DNA from: Bigelowiella natans CCMP2755
Taxonomy: Eukaryota; Protista; Cercozoa
NCBI GenBank assembly: GCA_000320545.1
Contig: ADNK01003501.1
Span: 12,887-76,886 of the forward strand
Direction: 5' to 3'
DNA: 64,000 bases
Every line of letters begins with the position of its first letter. Position 1 is the first letter of the stretch. Under the pieces are notes generated by a model. The model was given only the letters and a program-made list of their open reading frames with translations. It did not search any database and had not been told where the DNA came from. The translations under genes were made by a program, and so were the position numbers. Positions 24,389 through 39,520 of the stretch are shown here, one piece after another.

Positions 24389-26258
24389 TTAGTTGTTATT
24401 ATCCCCACTACTGCTGGGAACATACTTCTGTGTTCTACCAAAATCTAGAAGTTTTTTGGCAAACTTGAGCTTGGACAAAGCATCCTGCCGCTTCTGTTCC
24501 ACGCCTTTAACGGTTGTCTCAAGTTCCTCCACTTTGGTATTGAGCTTCTCATGCTGCTGCTCCAGCTCTTGATTACGCCTATTTTGGCGGCCCTCTGCTT
24601 CCGCAAGTGTGATGATCTTTATCTTATTTGCTTCGAATTGGGTTCGATACCATGCTATGCGCTGCTGCAGTTCATTAATATTTGTAGACATCTTTCGCAC
24701 CAAAGTTTCCTTTGTTGAAAGCGCAGTCTTGTAGTTGTCAATCTTCAGAAGAATCTCGCGTGCACGTGTTTTCCAGCTTGTGCATTCGGTTGTACTTGCC
24801 GTTAGCATCTGCTCTAGCTGCTTTATTCGAGGCTGTAGCGTTGTGCGTGATTCCTCATGGTATCCCCTCACTTTGAAGTCTAACATCTGGTTACGCTCCG
24901 TGAGGGTGTTGATCTGCACGCGGAGAGCATCTATGCTTCGTTTGTGCCCACTTTGCACTGCCTGCATAGATTTGCGCAAGTGATTACAAGTAGATTTTAA
25001 GGAAATAATTGTCGTCATCTTATCCTTGATTTTGGCACGGGCGTCGTCTATCTCACTTTGAAGCAAGTTCTGATGCAGCTGATGTTGGCTTACTTCCTCT
25101 TCCTTTCGAAAGGAAGAAGGAGGGCTTTGGGCCTTTTTCATTTGCGCCTTTTCTTCTTTGTATGTTTGCAGTTGGTGCTTCATCTGTTCCACCTTTGTTT
25201 GATATGTTTCAAGTTGTTGTTTCATATCTTCGATCTTTGTTTCGAATTTAAGGCTGTTTCTAGCAAGCTGCAAATCCTTTTCCGTCATACGTTCCGCCTT
25301 TTCTTTGAGCTCAAGAGAAAGTTTGTCTATAATGCCTTCCAACTTGCGCTTTATTTCGCTTATACCCTGCTCTTTCTCCCTCACTAACTGAAGAATTTGC
25401 TTCTTCTGTGCTTCGGTATACAGTGAGAGTGATGATGATGATAATGATGATGATGATACTGCTTCTGAGGAAGAAACAGTAGCTACAATTTCTTTGTTCT
25501 CTGTTACCATTGTTCCGCTACAATCCTTAGTCTTATTCAATCCAGATAATATTTGAAATCTCTCAAGATTTGCTTTTTCCATCTTCGCCTTTTTTTCCTC
25601 CTCCTCCTTCATTCGAATGACTTCTTCTCTGTGCTTCTTCTCAAGATTTTTCACTGCTTTTTCGTGTTTAAGAGTCTTCGTGGCCAATTCATTGCTAATT
25701 TGTGCAAGCCTTGCGTTGAGATCACTTATTATATTATTCTCTGCATTATCCTGTTCCTGTTTCTCTCCAGATCCCATCTTTTCCTCATCCTCCTTCATTC
25801 GAATGACTTCTTCTCTGTGCTTTTTCTCAAGATTTTTCATTGCTTTTTCGTGTTCAAGAGTCTTCGTGGCCAATTCATTGCTAATTTGTGCAAGTCTTGC
25901 CTTGAGATCACGTATATTATTATTTTTGTGAGTATCCCCTTCTTCTTCCTGCTGCTCAGAGCTCTTCCTCCTCCTCCTCCTTCTCGTTACTGTAGTAGTA
26001 TCATTAGTATTGTCGATGGTGTGCTGCTGCTGCTGCTGCTGCTGGGTCAACTTGAACTCTAAACCGACGAAGTCAGCTTTTAGCTTCTGGATTAACATAA
26101 GAGATAATGGTGGTGATGATAATGATGATGATGATAATGGAGATGATGATAATGGAGATGATACAGGAGGATGGATGGATGGATGGATGAATGGTGGCAT
26201 GAGGAGAGGGTGAGATCATAAGTAAGCTAGTATGTATGTATTTGGAGCAGGTAACATT

Positions 26259-26300
<42 letters not shown>

Positions 26301-26517
26301 CACATAACAAAATATAATAGTTCAATATATTTAATGAGACATTATTGAAATTTGACTATCGTGTTAATGAACAGCATTATTTCTCTATAATACTTAAATG
26401 AAAAAATATGAATACTATATTGGATCAAACATTAGAGTATAAGTTTGATGTATTATGAAAGAGAAAAGAAGACAATTATTTTTTAATAATCATCATCGTC
26501 TTGTAGAAACAATTATA

Positions 26518-26553
<36 letters not shown>

Positions 26554-26555
26554 AC

Positions 26556-26596
<41 letters not shown>

Positions 26597-26883
26597 GAGG
26601 GAAATCACGAGAATGGAGTATTATTGTGCGAAAACAGTATCTGATGAATAATCGATTGGGTGCTGTTGATGTTGTTTGTGTACACAAATGTACTACTAGT
26701 GATAAGCAAACATACATGAAGAACTTGGTACCTCTACCTACTACTATTACCTCGATAAGGTTATCCTTTTCACTTATGAGCCCATTGATGTTGTCCTTCA
26801 TTTCGTCCATCATCGACTCCTCCTCCTCTTTATTATCATTATTTTGAAGTGCTGACTGCTGCTGGTTCAATGTGTCCTTACCC

Positions 26884-26919
<36 letters not shown>

Positions 26920-28200
26920 TTTTCATCGTCATTCCTCCTTAGTTGTTTCTGATCAACATCTTGATTTTGTTGTTGTTGCTCTACTACTAATCTACCATAA
27001 TGATTATTAAAATCGGACTTTGCTTGAGATATCGTCAGATCTCTCTCAACGAGAAGTTGCTCAAGTTCCTTACTACGTTTGGTTGCCTCCTGTTTGGCCT
27101 CAATGACCATTTTCTTACTACACTCTAGTTTATTACGATCTACCATTTCTGTTAGGCGGCGGCTAAGGGATCTACTACCACTATGTGAGAAGGAGGATGA
27201 GGAGGACGACCCAAATTGCTGCTGCTGCTGCTTTGACAAGGTTGCATCCTCTCCAGTTGTTGCTTCTGCTTCGTCGTCGTGATTATTATTGTTATGATGA
27301 TTATGATGATGATCATCAACACTGTAGATTAGTCCCTCTGTGGTATTTTCTTCTTCCTCCTTCTCCTCATCCTCCTTCTGTTCCTTCTCATTTTTCTTCT
27401 CTTTTTCTTCTTCTTTTGCTTCGTAGCGATCATCATGTCCGTGGAGCTGACTCCTCCTCCCGCCTCTTCTTCCATCATCACCACCATCACGTTGGTACTG
27501 CTGCTGCTGTTGCAATGAGTAGTAGTCTATGTCTCCTCGTCGTTCTATCTCTACACCGCCTCCTAATTTCACTACGTCAGCAACGTCATTATTGAGCAGT
27601 AGTGGCGTATTATCATGCTCATCCACGGCAACATCATTCTTGAGCACTGATATAATACCATGCTCCTCCTCCTCCTCCTCCTCCTCCTCCTCCTCCTCCT
27701 CATCGTTGTTTCCCATCTTCCCCTCTTTTGACGAGACCGTCAAAAAAGCTGATGAAGATGATTTCTTCAACATGATGGAAGGAAAGGGATGAGAGGAGGA
27801 AGATGACGGGTTAGAATGCGAAGAAGCAGTCAGAGTTGCCATTGATGTGCTACGTTTTATCATGGCTTTAGCAGGAAGTAGCTGCTGGTCTCTACGATGA
27901 TAATACTCCAAAATTGGTGTTCTTGTAAAGCGCTTCGATGCAGGGGATGGGGTAATTGTCCTCATATTATTCAGATTGTTACGGATAACTTCGCAATTCT
28001 TTAGAATAATATTGTCTTTGGCTAGGAGAGATTCATTTGCAGCCTTTAGCTCCGATTGTAGCTCTTGGATCTGCTCGAGAGCATCTGCTAGCTTATCACC
28101 CAGCTGAAGCTCCTTCCCCATCACATCTGCTTCATTTTCTAAGAAGAGAAGAGTAAGTAACAAGGCACGCATGTGTTATCCAAACTGCGGTGATGGTGAT

Positions 28201-28286
<86 letters not shown>

Positions 28287-30229
28287 AGTATCCCCATCAT
28301 CATCATCATCATCATCATCATGATCTCCATCCCCAATTTAGTAGGTATGTCATCATCTGCCACAACCATCATCTGCCAGCAATTAACTATCTAACGAACT
28401 ACTACTACTACTACTACTACTACTCTTAAATCAGAAAAATGGTTGAATGAGGAAGGAGGCTATAGATTACACGCGTCAGTGGCTATTTTAACTTGACGAC
28501 GACGAAAACATATAATACTACTCACATTATTGGTTAGAAACACTTGTTCTTCGTTTTTATTTTCCTTCTTCTACCACTACTACTACTACTAGCATAGCAG
28601 TAGTACCTGTGAGCTGGTGCCGTGCAGCTTGTAGATCACTTTCCAGTCTTCTCGATGCCTCTTTTGTCTTCGAAAGCTTCTGAATCAATGCCTGCTTGTT
28701 CTTTCCCAAATACTCGACATTGTACTTTAGTTTTGTTGCCTTGGCCTCAACCTGGTTAGCATCAGCCCACACTTTCCTTGCCTTCTCATTGGCTTGCTCG
28801 AGCTCTATTTGGAGCTCTCCATTCCTCTTTCCCATCTCCCCTAATTCCTCCGACTTTGCGGAAACATCTACCTCCAACTTCACCACTTGTCGTTCTAATT
28901 TCTGCATGGTTGCAGTTGCTTCTAATGTACGCCTTCGCTGCTCTTTTAGCTCATTTCTAAGCTCACGTACAAGATCGTGGTTGCTTTCATTTTCACGTTT
29001 TTGTGCTGCAAGTTTAATCTCAAGCAAACTTGCTTGTCTAGATGAGCGTGTGGATGAATCCATGAGTTTGTTCTCACGGGCAGTCACTTTCTTCAGCTCT
29101 TCCGATAACGATTTGATCCGATTTTCAGCAGAGTCAAGGTGTTCTAAATGGTGGTGATGATGATGATGATGATGATGATGATGCATTATAGTAGTTCAAT
29201 GGTTGATAATTTTGTGACTCAGAAGGAGTCTCAGGCAAATAAGGAAAGAAAAGAGAAATGGAAGGAGAAGAAGATGAAGAACACAACACGCAAATGTAAT
29301 GAAATAGCCGTGTCAGAGGGTAGCATTTTCAACATTGACATCAATCATCCTCATCATTCTCATCAATATAGTTATTATTATTATTATCACTAACTTCGCC
29401 ACCACCACTACCATCACTACTACTACTACTACTACTATTACTACTACCTGTTTTTGCCATGGCTTTTGTGAGTCTCTCTTGAAGTTCCTGGAGAGTGCTA
29501 TCTTTATCCCTCAGGCTCGCTTTAATCTTCTCAATCTCACCGCTTTTGTTTGAAAGTTGAGCTTGTAAATTCCCAAGCAACTGATCTTTCTGCTCTATTA
29601 CTGATTTATCAGATTCAGATTTGGTCTCTAAACTCTTAATTTTAGCTGTTAGGTCTGCCACGATGAGTGCCTTCATTGATAGCTCTGATTCGAGCGTTTG
29701 GCGTTGAAGGACAGCTGCTGCCACTGAAGCATCTTTGTCTTTAGACATTTTATTAATTGCTTCTTCCAATGTCTCTCTTCCCTTCTTTTGGGCTACTATC
29801 TCTCTCTCAATCAACTCTTTTTCCTTTTCAGCCAGTACTTTGTCTTTCTCAGAAATCTTTTTGTTAGCTTCCTCAAGAAGAAAGTCCTTCTGTCGGTGTT
29901 CAATGGCCGCTTGCTTCACGTGTTCCTTGAGCTGGACAGAAGCTTCCATAAGTCTTACTTCTTGCTCTTCTTTGGTCGATTGCAGACTAGAATTGAGTTC
30001 CTCTATGATACGTTCCTTCGTAGCGATTGCTGATTCCAACGAGAGGTGTACAACTTCACCCTTTCGCACTTTTGCCTCCATCTCAGATATCTACATCATA
30101 GACGACGACGACGACGACGAAGACATGTATGATGGCGCCCACCATGAGGATACACACACACACACACACACATACAACAATTTGGCCAGTGAGAAGGGAG
30201 AGGAAGAACGACGAGTAGTTGTTTTGCTT

Positions 30230-30261
<32 letters not shown>

Positions 30262-30509
30262 ATCTCTTAACCCTCCTTCCTCCTCCTCCTCCTCGACGCA
30301 CATACGCACACCTGTTCATTCTTTTGCTTTAATGACTGCTCGGATTGTTTTTTACTGGCCTCCAATATTCGAATTGTTTTTAGATTTTGTTCCAGCTGGA
30401 CGCCACATTCCTTCATTCTTGCGCTCATAGACTCTATCACCGTGAACTGCTGCAGTCTGCATGCATCATCGTAAGATGGATGGTTGGATGGATGGATGGA
30501 GATGAAGAA

Positions 30510-30541
<32 letters not shown>

Positions 30542-32949
30542 CCTTGAGTAGCAATGTGGGTAGTAGTGGCATCATCTACAACTACTATTACTACTACTAC
30601 TACTACTACTTCTATTACTCTACTACCAACATCAGAATAGAAGAGAAGGAGGAGGAAGAGGAGGAGGAGAATAAGAACGACGCACAAAGATATAAAAGAT
30701 AGAACAGACAACGTCAACAGAGGGGGTAGAGCACACACGCATACGCACACGCACAAACACACACACGTACACATTACCTATCGTTTTCGCTTTTGTCCAT
30801 GAGATGAAGAAGACGTTGTACAGTATTTGCCGTATCTCTTCTTACAGTCGACGAACCAGTTGACCTATTATTATTATTATTATTATTATTATCATTATCA
30901 TCATACAATATGAAAGAAGAGCGAAAAAGGAGGAGAAATCGTTGCAGAGAACGGTGACTCAAGATTAAATGGAAGTTTTTGTCATCCATCCTACCTATTG
31001 TGACGATACATGCTATACTATATTGCTCTATGCTCTCTACATAGTTATTATTACAGGTACTAATACTAATGATGATGATATGACCAACCATGCTATCTGT
31101 AGCGTAAGCAAAGCATCTTCGTGGAATCGTTTCATTCTTGCGCTTTTGGACTGAAAAGTTAGCTTAGGGGGACGCGCTCCATAGTCGTGATTATCTCTAA
31201 GGGTATTAACAATCTTCCTTGCCATTCCAGCAAATTTAAGCGTACTGACGGTCTCTGGGTAGTGAGTAGAAGCAGGTGTTATGCAGCAAATGATGATCGT
31301 CTTTGCATTTCCACCAAGCGACTCTTGGAGAATACGTGTTAGTTTTGAATCTCTGTAGGGGATATGCAGCTGTGCGCCGCTACTATTACTACCACTACTA
31401 CTGCTACTTGACGAAGAAGAGGATGAGAGCTTTATAATGACGTTTCCAAGAAAATAGAGGCTTTTGTTAATGTAGCCCCCCTCCTTCTTGAGTGCCTTGG
31501 TGCTCGTTGACTGTTTTTCCCATGAGTGTACACTTGCTCGCTCGGAGCCAGCAAGGTCAACCAGGTTTAAGACCTGAATATTGAGCAAGCATTGGTAAAA
31601 CATATCATCCGTAATGGAAATGGGGGAATGTGGAGGTTGTTGAGGAAGAAAGAAAAAAGGTAGTCTAGTACGTGAAGAGATGCTCACATCAAACTAACAA
31701 ACCATCTTCTAGACCATCCTTCACACGTATTATAAAAATACTAACAACAATAATAACAATAATAATAACTTTTTCCTCTCCTCACTATCTCTCCCTCCTT
31801 GTCTCTCCCTCTCTCTTCACAGGCACACACACACACACACATACGCAATCTATATCAGTGAATAGCATACCGCCTGGCCTGGTCCAAGTTTATCAACAAA
31901 CTTTGCTCGCAGACTCAGAATGGTGTGTGAGCGTGAAGATTCTCTATTCATCTTCGTGTATCCCACATGCCGTAGCCGCTCACCAAGATATATCAATTCC
32001 AACACATCCAATTTACTCTTTATTTCCTTTATTTGCAGCCCATCTATGTAAATTCCTCTGTTTTTACTCTCGCGCAATCGAAGGCTCTTTGGATTATTTG
32101 ATCTCTTCTCTGCTGGCGCGAGTAGGTCAAATATCTCCTCGTTGTAGATTTCGAAGTAGGACAAATGTAGAGAAATCTGCTTACTACCACTGTATTTCGC
32201 AATTATATTAAAAACATCCTCGACAACCAAAATATTAATGCCAGTGTTGCCCTTCTTGCTCCCTCCCATCATGGTATACGTCTTCCCGCTCGAGGTCTGA
32301 CCGTAGGCCATGATTGTAGCATTCTCGCCACTCATGAATGCCTCTACCTTTTGCTGCACTACACTTTGATATATTTCCCTTGTGCTAACCTTAGGCCCCC
32401 CCACATGATCAAAGTAGTAGCTCACATTTGGAGCGTCTCCCACGTGGTCTTTAGCGCTGCTGCTGCTGCTGCTGCTGCTGCCGCTCCTTGGTATAGAGCT
32501 GATACGATTTCCCTTGGCCTCCCAGAGCGATTTTTCGCTCCTTTGAAGTTCCGGATTTGTGAGGGGTCGCAGTCTTACATATACCTAAAAACGACCACAT
32601 AACAATGGTGATGTCGATAATTGTCGCGTTGATAAAGAACTTTTGCAATTTCAACGGTTCAAGTCTTCTATCATCATTTTTAGATATGAATACAGAAGGA
32701 AGAATTGGAGAAGAGAAATAAACGAATAACCTGAATATTGTACTTGCCCACAGCTGCAGTTTTGGTCCCCCCCCTACTCTTTTGTGGAAAGCGATTGCCA
32801 ATGTCAGATCTGGTCCGCTTTACTCTCGAACGACTACTAATTCTCGAACGATTGGTTATTCTAGATTGCGGATAGAGCTCATTCTGAGAATGGTTTAGGC
32901 TGCTATCGGGACGGTGAAAAAGCGTAGGATTACTCGATGATGTTGTCAT
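24389..32949 (-). CDS. Kinesin, CENP-E/kinesin-7-like: N-terminal motor plus long coiled-coil tail, multi-exon
   Basis: NIQ|VYVRLRP, P-loop AYGQTSSGKTYTM, SYFEIYNEEIFDLL, switch I NRESSRSH, switch II VDLAGSER, KEGGYINKSL, HIPYRDSKLTRILQESLGGNAKT. Coiled-coil exons at 30.1-29.4, 29.1-28.6, 28.1-26.75 and 26.1-24.4 kb. Start codon uncertain. Confidence 0.88.
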
Positions 32950-33568
32950 TGTGACTACTTCAACAACTTTCTTCCAGCAAGTGAATAATGATGATGTCCT
33001 CAAGGTTCATTGGATAACACAGCCATAATGCTGTGCTGATGACTATTGCCTGTAGTTCTGCACATATCTATGAAAAGAGTTTATGCTTGATGAGGTAGCT
33101 GTGCCATCGTGTGTTGCGGTAATAAATAATAACTATTCCTACCAAGTTGGATGAGGGTGAGATGATCGTTGGCTTCTTCTTCTTCTTCTTCCTCCTTCCT
33201 GTTGAAGCTGCTTAACAGTTGAATCAGTTAACTTATACTGGATTCTACTAGTCTACTAGTACCAGCGTTTTTTGCTGTGTATGTCTTCTTTTTGGCTACT
33301 TTTACCAAAACTGAAGAGCTCCTTTACCAAGTCGTATCGTTGATTAACCCACTATGTTACATCTTACGACAACAATTGTTATTATTCGGTTATACTTCTC
33401 TCTCTCTTTCTTGGATATCATAATTATCCGCATGAACTTTGTGCAGAATATGCGATTATTACAACACAAACAACAACATTCATTTTAATTTTAATCTACA
33501 ACAGAACAGGCGACGTGTCCTGCCACCCCCCTTCTCAACAAAGCGTCACGAGCGGCTTTACTCCCAGG

Positions 33569-34138
33569 ATGAGCCGCGGCGGTGATTCGCAGACAAAGAT
33601 GTTGTCATCATCATCTTCATCCTCACCATCCTCCATTTCCTCTTCCTCCTCATCCTCATCTGTGTCCTCATCACCACCAACACCAACCCAGTCAACATCA
33701 CCGACAACACCATCATCATCAAATGATGTAACCCAAAATGGAATTGACATTCAACAATGCCTGAAGAAAGGACTTGTCGGGGCTATTGGGGTGATTCCTG
33801 GGACTGTTGCAGCACATCCATTCGACGTTATTAAGATTAGGATGCAGACATCAAAGGACAGCCTCAGGATGGCAATGGGAACCATATCGAAGACTACAGG
33901 AGGTTTTAAAGGTTTCTACAGAGGCCTCTCTAGCGCTGTGCAGCAAAAGATGATCACATGGTAAGAATTGGAGCATTACCTACACTTAGCGTTGACAACC
34001 TCCTTCAATGAATTTGAACTGCTGCTGCCATGTGCTTAGTAGTAGTTGTATTGGTAGTAGTAATAGTAGTAGTAAATAGTAGTAGTAAATAGTAGTAGTA
34101 GTAGTCGTCGTCGTAGTAGTAGTCGTAGTAGTAGATGA

Positions 34139-34179
<41 letters not shown>

Positions 34180-34191
34180 AAGAGAGAGAGC

Positions 34192-34235
<44 letters not shown>

Positions 34236-34802
34236 ACACACAAAGCACACAATGTCTTAGCGTGAACGTAAGCAGCCTGCAATGATATATTGTATACGTC
34301 AACTGTTATTCGACACTCTGCTAACTACCACTATTACTACTACTACGACTACTACTACTAACACAACTACTACTACCACCTATATGCCCAATGCATTCAC
34401 GATCCAACAACGTAACCCCAATAGCGGACCGATGTTTCTAATCTCTGAGATCTGTACGCAAGGGATGCAATTAGCTGGAATGAAACGAGCAGAAGTAGTA
34501 GTAGTAGTGGTGGTGGTGGTGGTGGTGATGTGGAGATCGATGATGAAGAGAGGATGAAAGACAAATAGACAAAAACTATCCTGTCACACGAATCAGTTTC
34601 TTCTTCTTCTTCTTCTTCTTCCTAACTGATCATATATGTATCATCAGGCTTGCTTTGCTGGATCGGCGGTGTCTGGATACAGCACAGGTTTTGTTGCTGC
34701 TCTAAGTGAGTATAGAAAGGTGCTTCTCAGCCAAAATGTCAAAGTTCCAGGTAGTAGACAACCAACCAACCACGGAGTTTGTGTGCGTATGTGTGCTGTG
34801 TG

Positions 34803-34837
<35 letters not shown>

Positions 34838-36670
34838 GTCTGATTGATATCCTCCCTATATTATATTTATTATCATTTGCTGAGGAGGCCATGTATGTGT
34901 CAACACCCCTCGTATTAACACACATATTTACCATCATAACCAGGGGGGGGAACTTGGACATACAGTGGTAATACTACTACTTCTACAAGCGACGATTTAA
35001 ACATTAAGCGAGCTCTGTGTGTGTTTTCAATGATGTTGTTTCTCCTGCTGCTGTTGATATCAGAAATGCCTCCTTCTATACTAGTTTGTTAATGCTGTAC
35101 GTGAGATGATGGTCTCTACAATCAAATACTAATCACATATACACATATAAGTGATTCATAAGCTTCATACACAGCATAGAATCAATTGTTATCTTTAACA
35201 TGTATTTATTCTGATGCATAGCCGTTTACCTCTGCTGTAAGTAACTACTGATAATGATGATGACGGTGCTGCTGATGATGGTATTACACTATTTGATGAT
35301 TCATTCTTATCATCTATTGATGATGGTATTTACACTATTATTTCAACACTAATTCTTATATCATATCTGATCACTATAATGTTCATGACACGTCGTCAGA
35401 GATACTCAAGTACCGGCATATCCATGGAATAAACATTGTCCGCAGACTCAATGGTGCCGGCATTAGAAACGGGTTTGTGATTGCGATGCGCCCTTTTTCT
35501 GAAATTTCCTGCTCAATAACGAAAGTTCTATTTTCACTATTAATTGTTATTCTATATCCTAAAGCTCTATAAGAAAACACCAATCGACGACGACTCGATT
35601 AACATTTGTGACATTATTTGACATAACGTTCGTCATCATCACCATCATTGTCATCACCATCATCGTCATCATCATCGTCGTCATCATCATTCTATCGTGT
35701 TTACAGTATTCCTACTTCTCCTATATATTATAGGCTATTTGACTCCACATTCTTCGGTTGCCAGCATCTCTATCAACAGCGCGGAATGTCACCAGGAAGT
35801 AGCTATGGACTAGCAGCAGCAACCGCTGTTCTTTTAGGGTAATCGTATAATTAGTAGAAACGAAAACATCAACGACAACAATAAGAAGAAGAAGAAGAAG
35901 AAGAAGAAGAAAAGCACGGGCCATCATAATAGGAGTAGTCGTGTAGCGAAGATGGCTACGATGATGATGACGACAATGAAGCTGATAATTAAAATTAATT
36001 AATTAGTACATTAAAGATTGGCAGTATTGTTCTGTTGAGAAATGAAGACGTTTGAAATATGAGAGAGAATGTTTTGGCGATGGATGTTAATCATTTTACT
36101 CGTCATCATCATTATCATCATCATTATTATTACTATTGTCATCATCATGATTATCATGATCATTATCATCATCCTCATTGTCATCATTGATTTCAACTAG
36201 ATACTCACTCGACATGGCGGTAAAACAGCAAATGGTAGTCCCCCCAAACAAAACCCCTGAATCATTGACAACACTCATTCACAGGCTTTACCAAGGTATG
36301 TATGTTTGTATGTATGTATGTATGTATGTATGTATTGCTGCCAGAGGCAAGCTTTTTGGAGTAGTGTATATGTTTGTCCATGAACAAGAATTTTTTATAT
36401 CAAATTGACTTCACTTGTACACTCTACCACCACCACAACACACACCATTTATTTCAAAAAGGGGAGCATCACGACAACATCATCATTGACATTACCTTAG
36501 GTCCATCGTTCCTCAGAGCTTTCATCGACGCCCACCGCGGAATAAATCCAAAAATCATTGAGTTCTCAATCAATTACTCGATGATTGGTGTTAGTAGCGT
36601 GTATATACTTTATTTCTGCAATAAGTTGATTGGAAGCCCTTCCCCCGCCGATGACACTACAAAAAGCTAA
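33569..36670 (+). CDS. Mitochondrial carrier (SLC25) family protein, multi-exon
   Basis: Signature HPFDVIKIRMQ ... GFKGFYRGL; later exons GPMFLISE, ALSEYRKVLLSQ, YSLDMAVKQQM; TAA stop at 36668-36670. Confidence 0.82.
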
Positions 36671-36989
36671 TGTTAAGACAAAGCGACCAGTAACTTCGTT
36701 CAAGTCGTTTCCGGTCATTTTCATTGGTGTATGTTCGGCGATATTTGACGATATCTCTATCTATCTACCGGGGGGGTTGTTCTTGAACCTACAGCAGAAA
36801 CTTTAGTGACAGCTGGCATAGCATCTACTTAGGTTCATAAACCACCTTGCATTGAGTAATAGCGCTATCCATGTCAAGGTTTCCATCCGTGCAAAAAGAA
36901 CTTGATCTGAAAAGCAATTGGAGAAAGTCTCCCAGAAAAATCTTTCATTAGAAAAGTCCTGCTCGCCACCGCTACTATTTTTCCATGAA

Positions 36990-39263
36990 AATGGCTTGGC
37001 ACACCATGCTTGTCGCTGCCATTGTTTTCCCCCTAAGAGCACAGTCATGTTCGTTGCTGCTTCTTCCGTCTTTTCATTGACCGAAAGAAGACTGCCCACA
37101 TGTCATGCTAGCCTGAAGTCGCAAATCGCATGCGAGACGGTCAATGAAGATTGCTCCACTTGTCACATCTAGATGTTCCTGAAGCAATGATTGTAGCAAT
37201 GCCAAACATGATCATGATGTGCGCTCTCGTTGATCATTGTGCAAATGATCACAATTGTGATGAGATGGCATGATCTGGTGAGCAGATGCATGGATGACCA
37301 CTGTGCATGCGACTGCACTTTTTGCTTGAATCAATTAGCCCTTGTGACAACGAATGCCAGCACATTGGCTAGCTTTGCGATTGAAAAGTGCGCGTTGCGA
37401 TGTGTCCACTCCACATGACGTTGTTTGTTTTGATGAGATCCAGAGATGCATGTGCGTGTTGGATCCAATGAAAATGAAGACTCATTCAATGACACCAGAT
37501 CACCAGGTCAGATGGCGAGAAACAGTTCTTTGCCAAAACTTGCAAGGGTTGCAAGCTTTTCGCCAAGTGTCTCCCCAAGCAGCTGCTCACGACACCAAAA
37601 AAAGAATGAGAATGGTGATTGGGATGTCGCGCCTTCGGTTTGTGCATTCATCGCTTGCGTGGGAGTTGGCATGCTGTCAATGTCCTTGTTGATTGTCTGA
37701 ACTTGCTTCGCCTGCACGGCAGCAGGCGCGGTGCGATGATGCGACGCGGCATTGAAACCATTCGCATGCAGAACGGCCGCAGCCGGGCTGTTGTCCTTGA
37801 ACTCTTCGTCAAGGCAAGCTGCGTGCTTCGGAATGGGTGACGCTGATCGGTCAGCGTGCCGCGGTGGTGGATCTGAGGTGCTGCGCACGTGTGCAGAAGC
37901 ACGCGTGTCGCAGGGTTGAAGTTGAGACGCACACGCACTGTTGCATGCAACCGATTCGTTCTGCATCACGTGCAGCTGTCGATTGTTGCAGCAATGTGCG
38001 CCCTCGCATGCAACCGATTCGTTCTGCATCGAGTGCAGCTGTCGATTGTTGCAGCATTGGGCGTGGTGCAATGTGATCTCGTGTTGAGAACTGAAGTCGC
38101 ATGAGTCGTTGAGTTGCATTGTTGTTTGGTCCTTGAGTTGCTTTGTCACTTGAACGTTTGAGTTCTGATGTCACTTGGTCGTTTGAGTTCTGAGTGTGCT
38201 TGGTTGCTTGCTTGTGCAGTTGAGTTCTGATCTCAATGTGTCACTTGGACTTTTGAGTTCTGTCGAGATGTGTCTGAATTGTTGCAATTGCGACTTGAGT
38301 GAAAAGCTGTCAGCTTTTCGCTTTTGTCATGTCGCAATGTCAGCTTTTCGATTTTGTCATGTCGCCACTTGCGAACTTTCTGAGAAACTTCTGCGCGGAG
38401 AGTTTTTCATTGTGCCGTGTCGTCCCACGTGGAGTGTCGTGCTGGTGCGTCCGACACGCACGTGCAGCTCCGTTGGTGCGCCTTGTGTGTCTTGTCGCAC
38501 TTGAGCGAACAGCTGCATCGTGGCGCCATGCATCGCAGCGCCACAGGGAAGACAAGATTCACGAGTTCCTGCTCATTCAACTTTGAAAACTTTCTCGGAC
38601 GGCGTGAAAGGCCAGACAGACAAGTCTAGAAGTGCCAAAAACTCATCAAGAAGACAGCTGAGGATCAAAAGGCGGAACTCACAGCACGTCCAAAAAACTA
38701 CCTGGCCATCGATGGAGCAATGAATTGTCGGACACTGTGTCAAGTTGCGATTGGCAGCAAGAAGTCTGTCGGCAAAGCACACGTTGATGAACTGATTTCA
38801 TTCGTGCATCAAAAGCGGAGAAAGCTCGAGTGTTTTTTCCACTTCCCCACTCGACAGCAGAATGTTTCAGCATTTCGTTTGCAAGAGACTTTGAAAAAAA
38901 GGCTGTCGAGCTAGCAGAGTGCTGAGTTGTTGGCATCAATGTGACAGAAATGGTTGAGGACGCACGGAAAAAGAAAAGCAAGATCATGGCTAGCCAATGG
39001 CGGCGAAAAAGTGTGTGATGTGGGCAATGGCGCGATGCTCTGGCGATGATTTTTTGCTAAGTCGCTTCAACAAAGATCATTTTGACAAAAAACGTGTGCT
39101 GTGCTGATGATTTTTGCTGTGTCATCATTGCAATTCTGCAATTCAGTTCAACAGTTGGTCCGCAGCAGGTGAAATTGCGAATCGCATGTGGTTGGCATTT
39201 TTCTCACTAGGCTACAGGACGAGCAGTGGGGAAATTTTTCATGGGGTGTGTGGTGGGGGGCTG

Positions 39264-39306
<43 letters not shown>

Positions 39307-39520
39307 TGCACACTGCAGCGCATGTCAGTGCTCACCATGCTAGCTAGCTAGCTTAGGCTCACATGTGCACATGAACATTGGCATGTGCGTGCGCACGACA
39401 TGCATCTGTTCATAATTGTGTGATGCAAAGTGCAGAAAGGTGCACACTCGAGTGGAGTCCGCAATGCCACAAGTCATGTCTAGATGTGCATGAACATCAG
39501 GAATGTTGCTCAACATTGCT
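36990..39520. repeat. TpA-depleted, repeat-derived island (unclassified degenerate element)
   Basis: Almost no TA outside CTAG/TAG/CTA. Contains a 63-bp tandem pair (37943-38059), a 30-bp tandem pair near 38310-38370 and a segment duplicated at 44.05 kb. Confidence 0.7.
38593..39057 (+). repeat. Dispersed direct repeat, copy X (about 460 bp)
   Basis: Near-identical to 44055-44511 (tctcggacggcgtgaaaggccaga ... ctggcgatgattttttgc). Confidence 0.9.
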
